Assembly (NCBI GenBank): GCA_964016885.1
Contig: OZ024744.1
Coordinates: 93,248,001-93,312,000 of the forward strand
From: Eledone cirrhosa
Lineage: Eukaryota
DNA length: 64,000 bases
Reading direction: 5' to 3'
Shown: piece after piece, positions 1-12,830 of the stretch
Layout: each line of letters opens with the position of its first letter
How positions within the stretch are numbered: the stretch's first letter is position 1
The notes under the pieces: model-generated
Told to the model about the DNA's origin: nothing
Seen by the model: the letters and a program-made list of their open reading frames with translations, nothing else
Databases searched by the model: none
Program-made: the position numbers and the translations under genes

Positions 1-3000
1 TCGCCCAACGACAAAATGGCAGCAGCAATGGCAGCCTTGTGCATTCGTCCCAAACAATTAGTAGGTAGCGCTTTAACACCAGTGCTTTTCCAGAAGACTT
101 GCTGATGTTGCACGTGGGTGTCTCAGATGATGCCACGTTGAGAGGAAGACTGAAGGCAGAATGGGCCGTCCTGCCACCAGGCAGCAAAGTTGCTGCAATG
201 CCAGAAGAAGCCACGGCCAATGCGATGTTTCCGTGTTGCCTCACTACAGCAAGTAAAAGTTTAATTACAAATGTTTTTCCCGTGCCTCCAGGAAGAATAT
301 ACCCCCCCCCCCACCTCCCCAATTATGGATGGAATCAACGACAATGTTGTAGGCTTGTTTTTGATCCATTAGCAGTTTTGGTTCATTTTCTTCAACATAC
401 CTTTTGAGTTCGTCGACATCATATGACGTTTCACGTATAATGTCATTGGGGATGTCAGATGGCGCATCTCGAAGTGTTAGCGGAAGCCCATATTTCTCCA
501 AGACATCTCCGCCCATTGAAGCCACTCTGTCTTCAATGTCGATCAGAGCTCTGTTATATATAGCGTCTGAAAAGCCGACATCTAAGTTTGGAGATTGTAA
601 TTGAGCGAGACGCCTATATTCGTCTGCGAAATCATCTTTAAACTTTTGCCATAAAGAGTAAGGATCGCTCAATTCACAGACGTGCAAGAGGATAGCAAAA
701 AGTGCTCTTAGACTACGGGATGATTGTGAGATGGCAGCTTCCGTCAAGGTTGCATCCCATTGTGCCTCATCTTCTAAAAGTCCACGCCTCAAGCAGGCTT
801 CCCTGTATGTTCCGCAGACATATCCATTGACCGTTCTCAGATGAGTGAAGGTGGTCGGCCCTCTTACCTCATGAAGCAGAAGTTGCAGGTAGAAACATTC
901 GTGTTGGGTAGGGTGGAGCGTATTGTCGAATTTGATGCCTGGATGTCCAACCACCTCTTGCCTTACCTTCCATCGTAGCCATTTTGTCCGGTTCCATGTA
1001 TAGTAAGACGGTATTTCAGAATACAGCAGAGTTCGAGCGAAGTTGTCGTGTTGACAAAGTTGGAAAAAAGCAGTGAGTGTAGTTTCCTTTGGTGAGATCG
1101 CTAGCTGAGCAGCTGTTGCATCATTGAAATACACCCGTTGACCGTTTTCAAGGTGAACGGCAAGTTAATGACGGGGTGTCGTTGGTGCAGTGGGAAGCCA
1201 AAAATGCTCCAAAAGGCTTCATTGCTGCTAATGTATCGGCCTGCTTGGTAGTCAGATACCTCGTCTCTACTGTTTTCATGACGAAGACCAAAGACGGCAG
1301 CATCTGATCCCTTGTTTATGTACTTACAAACGTATTTAATTGATTTTACTGAGTTTCATAATTCAATGTTTATATGGGCGTTGAATGCTTTCAAGAGGAG
1401 GGGGCAATATGGCACTATACAGCTGTTGTCGATTTCACGTTCGCCAACTTTTGCTGTGAACCCACCGTCTTCAGGTCTCCTGCACCTATACAATGGATAT
1501 CTGTCACTGCCAGTCTGTGTTTCCTGTAAAAACGGCCTGGGATATCGTTTTGTACACTTTCCATCGTGTATGCACGGGGACTTCATATTGGGTCCATGTC
1601 CGCAAGGACAATGGACCATGTTTGATGTGACTATAGAGAAGAGGTCCTTGTCAATTGACGGATCAGGTAGTTCGGCAAAAATGAATTTGTCGATGTAGTT
1701 TGAACTGATTTTTGTAACCAACCAAATCAAGATATGGGCATGCGGCAGCCCTCGTTTGTGCCATTTAACCGTGTACATGTCGCACCTGACAGGCCCCAAA
1801 ACCTGTCCTTTCTTTAATAAATCCATTAATTGGGATAATTTCAGGCGAAACACTCTTGCTATGAGATTGTGCCTGTGTCTTGGCGCTTGACGTTGGAACA
1901 GTTCGTTTGTAATCTCCTTCCACTTGGGATTGCATGTAGACGTTATGAAAAGGTCGGGGCGCCCATAATGTCATACGTAAGTCATGGCGTCCTGAGTCCT
2001 CTCGTGCATGTATCGGGGTCTCCCTGTGAACGTTGAAGGCAAAATACACACTTGCCCTAAATTGTCTGGGGATACGTTGTTGTTAATTCCATTACATAGA
2101 TGAATGTAGCATTCAGATCGGAGTTTCTTTTGAGTCTCTCGGACTCCATTTTAACGGCCATAACAACTGCAAATTGTTGGAAAAGGTCCCGAGAACGGTG
2201 TAGATGGTTGAATGAATTGTCCCTTACCATAAATCGGAAAGCGTAGAAATCCATGCAGGTGACAGTTTTGCTAAGATATGCCTCACCATTGCCTGCTGAA
2301 TGTTGAGGAATGCCGAAATGGTATCCGTCCTCACTGTTGACAAATAGCAATGGATACTGGAGTGCATCGTAGGACCTGTGTGTCTCATTGAAACACTGTA
2401 ATGGGCTGTCTCGGTGCTTTAGAATGATATCTCTCTTGTTGTGCTGTTCACCACAAATAACCGCAGCAATCTCATTACATGTTGGTGCGTTGAACCGACC
2501 AGCATGTTCTCCAGATGGCTTTCGGTCAGCATGTATGACCACACTAAAGTTTTGGTCGGTGGCTGTTTCCAAAGCGTACTTGAAACTACGAACATAGCTG
2601 TTTGTGTCATGAAGCATTTCTTGAAGTTTTATTATGGTTTCAATGTTGGTTTCGGACGAAATAGAGTTTCTCATCTCTGCCTGCTCCTGATAGTTTCCAA
2701 CAAAGTATAACTGAAGAAATTGAGGATCCTTTTTTGCCAGAGCCTGAATAGACCCAATCAAGTGTAGATCTGCCCCTGGACCTTGAAAGTTGGCATGAAC
2801 CCACGTTCCGAGGCAAGCTTTGCTCCGACGGATGTCATCTGAAACGCGGAATTGTAGCGGCGGATATTACACAGAAACTTCGATGATTCCTCCGTCATGT
2901 CTGTCAAAAGGAGTTGCAATGTCTCTGGAGGGTCGTGAATAGGAGGTAGTCTAACTTTACCGCTTGAACAGCACATTCCATCTCTCTCCCCCTGGCCACT

Positions 3001-3612
3001 TTTTCATACGATGAACTGGCAAGTAGAGGTCATTTCCCCAATTTGAATATCTGCATGGATGGCGTAATCGGAGGAGGGGCCGTAGTTAAAGGCCTTCAAC
3101 AACCATCGTGAATTGCAAGTCCTAGAAATGCCAGGTAACGATGATCGCCGCTGTTCACTTTGCAGAAGTCTGCCACGTCGTTGCTCTATGGTTTCAGTAT
3201 TTCGTGCAGCAGCAGTGGCAGCAGCAGTGGCAGCAGCTCCCCTGCTTCGTCGAACAGCGTGTCATCCTTCATCCTCTCGAGCGCGAGCAGCGGATGTTGC
3301 AGTGGCGTCCCTGCTTTGTCGAACGGCGCGTCGTCCTTCATCCTCTCGAGCGCAAGCAGCGGATGTTACAGTGGCGTCCCTGCTTCGTCGAATGGCACGT
3401 CGTCCTTCATCCTCTCAAGCGCGAGCAGCTGAGTCACGGCAGCATCTTTGTTCCATCTAATTCACGCCGACTGTCATCCTCCTTCGCTCTTGCAGCTGCC
3501 GTATGCACAACATTCTGTGAGAGCCTGATCACAGTCGCATTTACATCTTCGGTGAGATGCCTACTTGCATCATTAGATAATCAACCAATGAAAGTTCCTT
3601 TCTTGGGAGGCT
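1..3612 (-). pseudogene. Helitron Rep/Pif1-helicase gene, disrupted by stops and frameshifts; runs off the left edge of the window
   Basis: Minus-strand ORF fragments 2758-2976, 2057-2761, 1356-1853 and 265-1134. Motifs: MCCSSGKV...YNSAFQMTS...PTFKVQGQIY; HRSYDALQYPL; Rep HUH motif WHKRGLPHAHIL; KYINKG (~1310-1325); frameshifted Walker A FFLEA(P)GGTGKT (~270-305); AVASSGIAATLLPGGRTAHS (~160-220). N-terminal 60-bp repeats at ~3215-3430. Confidence 0.95.
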
Positions 3613-3912
3613 TTGTTTTTAGAAAATTAACCAGGGAGAACAATAAATAGTAGACAAATAACGTTTAAGTAAGCAAATCTAAACACGGATATAATTGTGA
3701 AAAAATATGATAAATCTATGTGGTCTGAGAAAGTGGGTATGTTTTGCAAGATTTTGTGTACCAGTCAAATTTCAGGTTTTAATTTAGGTGCAACGCAGTG
3801 TACGGACTACCTGTGATAAAGGAAATTAAATAGTGTGGCTACAGTGGTAGGTATATAAGTGTCAGTATGTTGGTTCAGTTCGAACATAGCAATAAGTACT
3901 AACCATTGAAAG

Positions 3913-4122
3913 TGTGGGGATAGTGTGGTGGTGTGGAGGAGGTGACCGGAAGCTGGGGACGATCGACTGGAGGCGGAAAAAGAAGTGACGCGAGATGTGT
4001 ACCCTTTTTCGGGACTGTGACCCTTGACAAACGGACGTGTGACCGGGAGCTGCAACCGACGAACGGATATACCCACGTGGATGAGGCGAGTTCGCGGCAA
4101 GTGCAGTAGCTTCCACATTACA
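3913..4122 (+). repeat. 5' LTR
   Basis: TGTGGGGATA...TTCCACATTACA; direct repeat of 9057-9296. Confidence 0.92.
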
Positions 4123-4813
4123 AACTATTTCGGCATCTGAAGACTTACAATTGAAAAAAGGAAAAAAAAAAAAAGGGGGAAGAATTTTTTTTTAAAGACA
4201 AAGCTACTGGAAAACAGAGAGGATTCTGTTGTTTGTTACTTACCGCAGGACTAAGGAGATGGCGACAAGATTACGGATGAGCAGAGAAGTAATTAGAGCT
4301 TTTACCGGTGAAGATGACGTTGTCGCCTGGATGCAAAAAGTTTGGCTGGTCGCTAGGCTACAACAGATAGACGATGTAGCGGGCCTCATCACACTCTATC
4401 TCGAGGGCGACGCGCTAGCGATGTACCTAGAAATGGACGACCTCAGACAGAGGGACGCACAAAAAATTGAGCGGCGTATGATGGAAGCGTTCGCGAAAGG
4501 ACCACTTACCGCGTTTGCTAAGCTGGTAAGGATTAGGTGGAACGGTGAGCGTGTGGATATTTTTGCAGTGGAGATAAGGCAATTGGCCATGCTGGCTGGG
4601 TTTCAGGTGGAATGCGAACATGCGGTGCGGTTGGCGTTCATAAACGGATTTCCGGATGACATCGTGGTGAAACTGCAGCAAATACCTGGCTACAAGGAAA
4701 TGGAGATGCGTGCACTGGTAGAGCAAGCCCACATCATAGCAGAGGATGCTAAGAAGAGTGTTGCAGCGATGGAGGCCCGGGGCAGATGACAGCAAAATGG
4801 CGAACGTTTAGAG

Positions 4814-6089
4814 CAGTGGTTCTCAATGGTGGGCCAAAAGCCCACTCAGTGGGCCCGGGACAATTTTGAGTGGGCCCGAAGAAATTTCAGTGGGCCTGGA
4901 AATTTTTTCAGACTTTCTTGGAACTTAAGATCACACAAAATGACAAACTTTTTTAAGTCTGAATGTTCTGTGATAAAATCACATGACTTAAGTTGACCTG
5001 CATTATTTGGGGTGCAATAACGCAGACACCTGCATATGTCTGCGTTCTTGCACATTCATGCACACCTGTGCGAACTCAAGGCATGTCTGTTCCTGAAATC
5101 TCGGACGCTATAAATGTGGGTGCAATAGAAATGAAATTGAGTTGAGGTTTTTACATTTCGTCTTGGGTTACTGAATTAATTTCGCCCGGTGAACCCCAAC
5201 AAAAGTTACTCCCGTTGTTTATATCCGTAAAGTGACTAAAACAAATGTAATATATTTACGGTTAGGGTTAATTCAACCCTAACCCTGACCCAACCATAAC
5301 CCTAACCCTAAAAAATATATTACATTTGTTTTAATCTTTAGTCACTTTATTAGAAATTTACAAACTGATTTCAAACGACAATTTCATGATATACTGGACA
5401 TGAAGCCCCCACAGTGGCTGTTGGACATTCAAAACTTTGATGTTATTAGCGACGAAACTCTGGATCCTAATCTTGCAGTCGACTTGTTGGAACTCAAAGA
5501 GAATGCGCTATTGATGGGGAAAATGGAACGCGAGGGCCTTCTCGGCTGGCTTAATGGGGAAAAAATATTTCCAAACCTTTATGATCAAGCCTTTCCTTTT
5601 ATTCCCTCTTTTCCTACAACGTGGCTTGTTGAATCTGGTTTTTCCACGCTAAATGATATTTTTTTGAGAAAAAGAAACCTTCAAACCATCAACTGGGGAG
5701 ATTTGCGGCTCAAGTTGAACCAATCCTTTGAAGTCCAAATCGACAGTCTTGTTGAAAGACATCAGGAGCAGTGCAGCCACTAGCACTGAGCATTTGAGCA
5801 TTATTAAAATGACCATTAAATTTTTTCTCATTTTTTATTGACTTTTTATCAAGAATTTGTGTTCTTCACTCGTGAAATTTAAATTTCACGAGTCGGGATC
5901 ATATGGGGGTAAGTGTTCCAGAATGCTCTTTGAGCACTGACCCTGGCAATTTCTAGGGAGTAAAGTGGGTCGGGAGAACAAAAAGATTGAGAAGCACTAG
6001 TATATATATCATGTGGGGTTATAGTCTGGAATAGTTTTTGAGCTTGTAAAATAAGTGGGCCCGGGGGTCAAAAAGGTTGAGAAACACTG
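4814..6089 (+). mobile_element. Non-autonomous hAT (Buster/Charlie-type) DNA transposon
   Basis: TIRs CAGTGGTTCTCAA / TTGAGAAACACTG (12/13 match); 8-bp TSD GTTTAGAG at 4806-4813 and 6090-6097 with the nnnTAnnn pattern typical of Buster elements. Confidence 0.95.
5400..5783 (+). pseudogene. C-terminal hAT dimerisation-domain fragment of a Buster/SCAND3/ZBED-like transposase
   Basis: FPTTWLVESGFSTLNDI...GDLRLKL...HQEQCSH, inside hAT TIRs. Confidence 0.85.
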
Positions 6090-6217
6090 GTTTAGAGGTC
6101 GTTGTTTTAGGTGCCAGGGCCCGCACATAGCGAGAGACTGTAAAGAGTCAAGGCCGGACATAATTTGCTACCGGTGTAAGCGGCCAGGCCACATCGCTAC
6201 AAGTTGCGACTAGGGAA

Positions 6218-8995
6218 ATGGTCCAAGGGAGGCTACTGCGCCGGGAGCTACCCCTCGCGAGTAGAGCGCTGCCCGTGGTGAAAATCTTTGTGAGGGGAAA
6301 GCCATTACGAGCCCTCGTTGACACGGGCTGTACGACGACACTAGTGACCACGGGGGTGGTGCAGAAGTGGAGAGGGAAGAGTAGCGTAAAGGCAGTCGAC
6401 GGTAGGAAGATTGAATGCCGAGGTCGTAGCGAGGTGGAGATGGTGGTATGGGAAAAGAAAATAAGGCTTTCGGCCATTTTGGTCGACTGCGTGGTGGATG
6501 GAATCGGCGTAGTTATGGGCATGGACGCGATTGGACGTTTAGGAGGCGTCACAGTGAACGATGGCTGCGTGACATTTGTGGCTCCGCACCGATATGCGCT
6601 GTGAGTACGCGACAGGAGAACGAGAAGGCCACGAGGAAAAAATATGCCGCTTACACTGTACAGGATAAGGACTTCAAGGCCATGTTCGACGGGCAACGAT
6701 GGGTTGTTGAGTGGTACTGGAAGGGAGAACCACCAACACTGAAGAACAAAGTGGGCTGCTATCAGCACACATTGAAAGGAGACACTAGGAGAGAGTTTGA
6801 ACGAGAGGTAGAGAGGTGGATCAAGGAGGGCATACTGCTTCCCTGGAAAGAGGAGGTGAAGTGTAGGATACTGCCGTTAATGGCGGTGGCGCAACCCACG
6901 AAGAACAAGGTGAGACCGGTATTGGACTTTCGGGAGCTGAATAAGCACGTGTCATGCCACACGGGTGGCGAGGTCACGGATGTCTGCGGGGAATCCTTGC
7001 GTGAGTGGAGACGTATGACGGGGGCTTCCACAATCGTCGATTTAAAGTGGGCATATCTATAGTTACACGTGGAGGAGAAGCTGTGGCAGTTTCAGCTTGT
7101 CAAGTATAAGGGCCGGACATATTTCCTGACCAGGCTCGGCTTCGGGCTGAACTCTGCACCGAAGATCATGGCTTCGGGCTGAACTCAAGACCATTCTGGG
7201 AAAGGCCGACAAGATGAAGAGAGTTACCAATTCCTACATCGACGACATCCTAGTGGACGAGACTGTAGTGGCGGCAGCGGAGGTCACGAGCCATTTACAA
7301 GGGCACGGATTGACTGTGAAGCCGTCGGAGGCGTTGGAGGGAGGAGCCGCACTAGGACTTAGGCTGCGAAGAGATAAGATGGGCACGCTAGTATTTCGGA
7401 GGGGAAATGAAGTCTCGGAAACTGGGCCGAAATATGAATAGACAGGAACTCTTCTCGTCGTGTGGAAAATTGGTGGGTCACTACCCAATCGCTGGGTGGC
7501 TCCGGACGGCATGCAGCTATGTCAAGAGACGAGCGGACGGGGTTACTTGGAGTGACAAGGTGGGAGAGAGGACGATGGCCATGATGCAGGAGATCGTGGG
7601 GAGGGTGAAGGCCAACGACCCGGTGCAAGGACGCTGGTATGTTCCCAAATCGCAGAGCGGGACCGTATGGTGTGATGCCAGCAGCATAGCGCTGGGTGTC
7701 ACGTTGGAGATAGGAGGTGTCGAGGTCGAGGATGCAGCCTGGCTCAGGAAGAAGGATGATTGCAGCCACATCAATGTGGTCGAGCTGGACGCGGTGTTGA
7801 GAGGGGTGAACCTCGCCTTGAGGTGGAGACTGCGCACCGTTGAGATTCGTACCGACTCGGCCACTGTACTCGGATGGGTGAGATCGGTGCTTACCGGTGA
7901 GAAGAGAGTGCGAATGAGAGGGGCGGCGGAAATGCTGATAAAGCGCCGCCTGGGAACTCTAGGAGATCTGGCCACCGAGTAGACCTGAGGTTGAATGTAG
8001 TCTTCGTGCCCTCAGAGAAAAATAGAGCAGACGTTCTAACCAGGGTGAAGAAAGCCTGGATGGAAGCGCCGGGGGATGTAGAAGAGGGGATAGCTGCTGT
8101 ATGTTGGCTGAGCGGGTCGGAGCTTAAAGGGTTGCATGACATGCACCACATGGGAGTGGATAGACCCTGTTCCTAGCCAGGAGAATCGACTCCGGCGTTA
8201 GCAGACACAGTGTCCAGAGAGTGGTCAGAGGCTGCGTCCGATGTCAGTCTATCGATCCCGCCCCGGGTGTGCACGAGACGGGAAGTCTCCCGGTGGATCG
8301 CGACTGGAAGCGATTGGTGGTGGACATAACACACTACCAACCGGGAACATACCTCTCGATGGTTGACTGTGGACCGGGACGGATGGCGATATGGAGGGAA
8401 ATGAAGATAGGAACTGCGGAGGAAATCCCACGGACGTTGAGAGATATTCTTGGAGCGGGGCCCTGTGGATGAACTGCTGATGGACAACAGCGCAGCGTTC
8501 CGCTCCGAGGCGATGCTTGATAGGTGGAAGGTGGACCGCTACTTCAGAGCAGCATACAGACCAAGTGGAATTGGAATCGTGGAGCGACACCACCGCACAA
8601 TCAAAGCAATGGTGGAGCGGGGGCACATCTCACCAGTGGAGGCAGTGTTTTGGTACATGTCCCCTCTGGTGGGACAGGCTGAGGAATCGGTGCCATACAA
8701 AGCAATATACAGATACGAGTGGCGGCGCCCATGCACTGTACCACAATGGCCAGTAGAGAGAGAGAACGCATTCGTACAGGTGGGCGAAGAAGTTTGGGTT
8801 AAGCCCCCAGACGCACGTTGCACATCTCAATGGGGAAAGGGAACGGTGACGGCCGTAAATTCCCTGAATAACATGTCCGTGGACGAAGTGCCACATCATA
8901 TCCTGGATGTCCGTAAAGTTGTTGTGTCGACGGACTCCGAGGAAGAGGAAATCCAAAGCGCCGCCCCAACATTACGGAGATCGCCGACCGCCTAG
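6218..8995 (+). pseudogene. Gypsy pol (protease-RT-RNase H-integrase) with multiple stops and frameshifts
   Basis: PR ALVDTGC; RT VRPVLDFRELN, VDLKWAYL, YIDD; RNase H WCDASS...DSAT; IN HxxHH...CxxC, VDITHY, MDNSAAF, GIVERHHRTIK. Confidence 0.95.
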
Positions 8996-9056
8996 ATGGA
9001 CGGCAGATTATCACATGCAACAGTGTGAGGGGGAGATTGATCCTTGAGATCAGGGG

Positions 9057-9296
9057 GGGGGGGATACTTTGGTGGTGTGGAGGAGGTTACCAGAACCTGG
9101 GGACGATCGACCGGAGGCGGAAAAAGAAGTGACGCGAGATGCGTACCCTGTGTGCCCTCTTTCGGGACTGTGACCCTTGACGAACGGACGTGTGACCGGG
9201 AGCTGCAACCGACAAACGGATATACCCACGTGGATGAGGCGAGTTCGCTGAGTGAACTATCAGAATTGCGGTAAGTGCAGTAGCTTCCACATTACA
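9057..9296 (+). repeat. 3' LTR
   Basis: Matches the 5' LTR with about a dozen substitutions and two indels by eye; the initial TGT is merged into a G run. Confidence 0.9.
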
Positions 9297-10621
9297 GAAA
9301 GGATACAGGCAAAAATGGCCGAAAAATCACATGATAAACTGGAACCTTATGACCATAAACGCATTAACTAAACCCCCCTTAAGGTGACAAATGTTGAAGA
9401 AGCATGCGTTTCAGAAACATGGGGTAGCTTATGAGAGTACGCATGTAAAAAAAAACCTACCACTTGTCAAAAGCCAAAAAAGAAGTGTGATCCTAGGTCA
9501 GACTTGACCGATATAAATAGGAGTGATTTCGCTCAATGAACAACACTCGAGTTGTCTGATTGCTGAGATAATACACATAAGTGTGACGAAATCTACTGAA
9601 CACAACTCACTGATGTGTGGTTGGCCAGAGGTCGCCATTTCGCACTTAATTGAGGTGCAATTAAACAGGGGAGACAACCGGGTGCAAAATTAAATTCAAT
9701 CATCCTAAAGTTAACTAAACAAACTAAAGTTAAGTCAGGGGGATTTAAAAATTCGCTACTCCATTTGTAGGACATGAGTAACCGATGTGTCAATTTTCGT
9801 TTAAATTGACTTTCCAGAAGTTGAAATGCTTTGCTGCGACCATAATATGAACTTTAAAAGTGGTCCAAAGGGGCTCACTGCCCTCCCTAGGGGGTTCCCT
9901 TATAAAATTCAAGTGATAACAAATGTGTGGTGCTTTATCTTATGGCAGGCAATAACCATTTTGTTTAGTTTTTGTAAGAATCAAGTATAAACTCCCGAAG
10001 TTATGGTGCTTTTTTGTTGTGGCAGTTGGAACTTTTATAGGTTAATGAATTGGGCTCATTGTCCCCGAGGGGGTCCTCTTGCTGAATTGAATTGAAAGTA
10101 AATGTGCCTCACTGTATCTTCATCTGTAGTACATGAATAACAACTAAGTCGAAACTCATTTTATTGGACTACCAATTATCGAAGCTATGACGCTTTGCTG
10201 CATTACAATAGCCAAATTTAATAAATGACTCGCCTGGGCTTACTGCCCCCTAGGGGTCCTCTTGCTTGTTCCGGGTATAGACAGTCTTCAACATCATCTT
10301 TAGGCAATGGGTAACCAATATGTCCGGTAAAGTTCAAATCGAACGTAAACTATAAAAGTTATCAGATAGTAATACTGTGTTAATGTGAACTTCAATAGAT
10401 AAGTCGAAGGGGGCTTACTGCCCGCCGCCCGGGTCCCCTTCATAAGTTCAAGTAAAAGTTCATGTGTTCACCTTCCACAATCGATGTTCGGGAAAATAAA
10501 ATACCCTACGACACGTAATGGGACTTCAGAAACCTATGTATGAAATTTGGTGCAAATCGGTTGTAAAATGTAGAAATGCATGCGGTTACACAGACAGACA
10601 TCTTTTGTTTTATATACTATA

Positions 10622-11325
10622 CTAGCAGAATGGCCCGGCGTTGCTCTAGGGTTCTTATATATTTGATATATATTTATCCTTATCGAGCCTCGTGAAATAA
10701 ATACGTTTGTTTATACATAATTATATATATATATAACAGTACAGAGAAGTACGGAATACCTCGGCCTCGGGATGGTGTCTACATTTTGTGCTTATAAAAA
10801 AAACTCGTCGTAGATTACCATGGTTTTTTTTCGTGCGAAGAAAATCAATACTTTTGTTTATATTTTGTTATTGTGTATGTAAAAATATCTGTACACGAAT
10901 ATATAATTATATATATATATTAAAATAACAGATTAAAGTTTAAGCAAAGAATCGCTTCTTTCACCCTTAACGGGATCTTCTGAAACTAAAAAAATCCATC
11001 TGCGAACGCAGAAGTAAATATTTCGAAAAATGTATATATATACACACACACACACACCTCGTCATAATGACGTAATGCAGACAGATATTATAGGGGCGCG
11101 ACGTTATATCTATCTAAAAAGAGAAAGACTAAGAGAGAGAGAGAGAGAGATATCACTAAATCGCCTAATGCGGTCCCTAGGGCATTGAAAATTTGAAATT
11201 GTTTTTGCTCAAAACACTTACAGGACCATAAGTATTACATGTGTAAAATTTGAAAACAATCGGTTGGGTGGTTCTCGGGTTTTAGTGGTCTAACAGACAG
11301 ACATTCTCTGTTTGAGATATATAGA
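10622..11325 (-). mobile_element. Non-autonomous Helitron
   Basis: Minus strand: A|TCTATATATCTCAAACAGAGAATGTCTGTCTG ... GCAACGCCGGGCCATTCTGCTAG|T. Confidence 0.85.
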
Positions 11326-11859
11326 TTGATTTCTGAATTATTTGCCTTTAAGAATAAAGTAAAGCAGTTTGTGTCTTCATAATTTTATGCCAGTAGAAAA
11401 AGAAAATAGAATTTCAAAACCCAGCAATTTTCTCAGGCCCCACGTTGAGAATCACTGCTTTAAAAGACGCTGTTTCATACTATAAAACCAGGGGGCAGTT
11501 CTGTATCAAAAAGGTTAAATTCTATATTTGTATTCAGAAAAATTACAAGGGGAGATAATCAAACTAAACTAATACAATATTGGCTGAACTCCCGAAGGAA
11601 ATATATCAACCATAATCATCCTATCCGCTCTGATACTGCCTATTATAGGATTACACGAGCCAGTGTATTCCTTCCCTTTTTTAAATGGCTGGGTACAATT
11701 TAAAGGAAATTGTTATTTCTAGCAGGTCGAGCAACCAGTTTTATATGAAACATTAATAGAGGGAGGTAATCCAACTAATAAATACATCGACGTTAACATG
11801 CAAAATTATGAATTGTTTTTGAAGTACACATTCGTTTGTGATTTAATAAATTTTAAGTA

Positions 11860-12013
11860 CCGTATTTCCCGGCGTCCTCGAGGATGCACCCTAATTTTGA
11901 GAACCAAAAATTTGAAAAAAGAAATAATAAACAACCTTCAGCCTCCAGGACGCATGGTAGATTTTTAACTTATTTTAGGAAAAAGGTAGCGTCTTCGACC
12001 CCGGGAAATACCG
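11860..12013. mobile_element. pogo/Tigger-type MITE
   Basis: TA|CCGTATTTCCCGG ... CCGGGAAATACCG|TA. Confidence 0.8.
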
Positions 12014-12519
12014 TAGTTTTCTCTGGCTTAAGGTATTGAAGTATTGTATATTTTCGTCTGCTTATATCTAATCTTTCCCCCTTCGACTTAGTTCTTTCAT
12101 ATCTCGATGATATAAGAACCAGTAAATAAGTCATCTGAATAAAAATAGTGAGAGTTTTGAAAACACAAATTTTATAATCAGGACCTTTTATATTAAATAC
12201 ATATGTATTCAACGATAATCATCTCATATTTAACCTCGGTTTGCTACTAGGTACATGGTGCTTTACTGTTTTCAATACTTTTGGAGAAACACTTCACTAA
12301 TGGTAGCTAGTAGTGAAGTATGTATTTATTTCAATATATTCAAGTTTTCTTCCACTGCTATTACATTGAATCTGAAACTATCCATGACACATGTAACAAG
12401 GGACTGTATTCTGTAAGGCAAAGTTAGCCTTGAACACAATGTAAAGAGCCATAACAAATACCACAATGGCAACCTTGTGCAGTCTGCAACTAACCCAGGT
12501 TCCGCTGTACTTATGGTCA

Positions 12520-12830
12520 AGGAGGGTAAACTCACCAAATATTGATCGCTCCAACAGGTTTGCGGTTGAACCTGTAGCAGTGGAAACCTCTGGTGTCCTT
12601 GACCCTGGGACTACCTTCCTACTCACTGCCATCAGCTTGGCTACCCACAGGTATGAGCCTCACAAACTGGAATGGCTGTTGAGTCCGTAGCAGTGGAGAC
12701 TTCTGGTGTCCTTGCTACTCACCACCATCAGCACGGAGTTGACTACCCGCAGGTGTAGCCTCATAAGGTGGAATGGCACTTCGAGTACATCTTCACCATC
12801 CTACATTGTCTGCTGGAGCCACAAGATAAC
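12520..12830 (+). pseudogene. CRE-clade non-LTR retrotransposon 3' fragment (restriction-like endonuclease), partly duplicated
   Basis: RFAVEPVAVETSGVLDPG...EPHKLEWLL; second copy from ~12685. Confidence 0.6.

Larger units (their letters stand above)
4229..6263 (+). pseudogene. Gypsy gag, split by the hAT insertion at 4814-6089
   Basis: ORF 4229-4789 is capsid-like (FTGEDDVVAW...LYLEGDALAMYLEM). After the hAT come two CCHC knuckles, CFRCQGPHIARDC and CYRCKRPGHIATSC (6104-6207). Confidence 0.9.
3913..9296 (+). mobile_element. Full-length decayed Ty3/Gypsy LTR retrotransposon
   Basis: LTRs 3913-4122 (TG...CA) and ~9057-9296; 5-bp TSD GAAAG at 3908-3912 and 9297-9301; purine tract before the 3' LTR; domain order gag-PR-RT-RH-IN. 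Confidence 0.95.
1..10621 (-). mobile_element. Autonomous-type Helitron, interrupted by the Gypsy insertion; 5' non-coding part at 9302-10621
   Basis: Sequence continues across the Gypsy TSD. The minus-strand end near 10621 reads TATAGTATATAAAACAAAAGATGTCTGTCTG, like the 5' ends of the Helitrons at 11325 and 24344. Diverged ~180-190 bp internal repeats at ~9870, 10050, 10235 and 10410. Confidence 0.7.

Noticed and set aside
3113-3650. Plus-strand repetitive ORFs (AAAV/QQW/SSS)
   Set aside because: Antisense shadows of the Helitron N-terminal 60-bp repeats.
11440-11460. hAT element ending at GTTGAGAATCACTG
   Set aside because: Orphan right TIR; no left TIR or TSD found.
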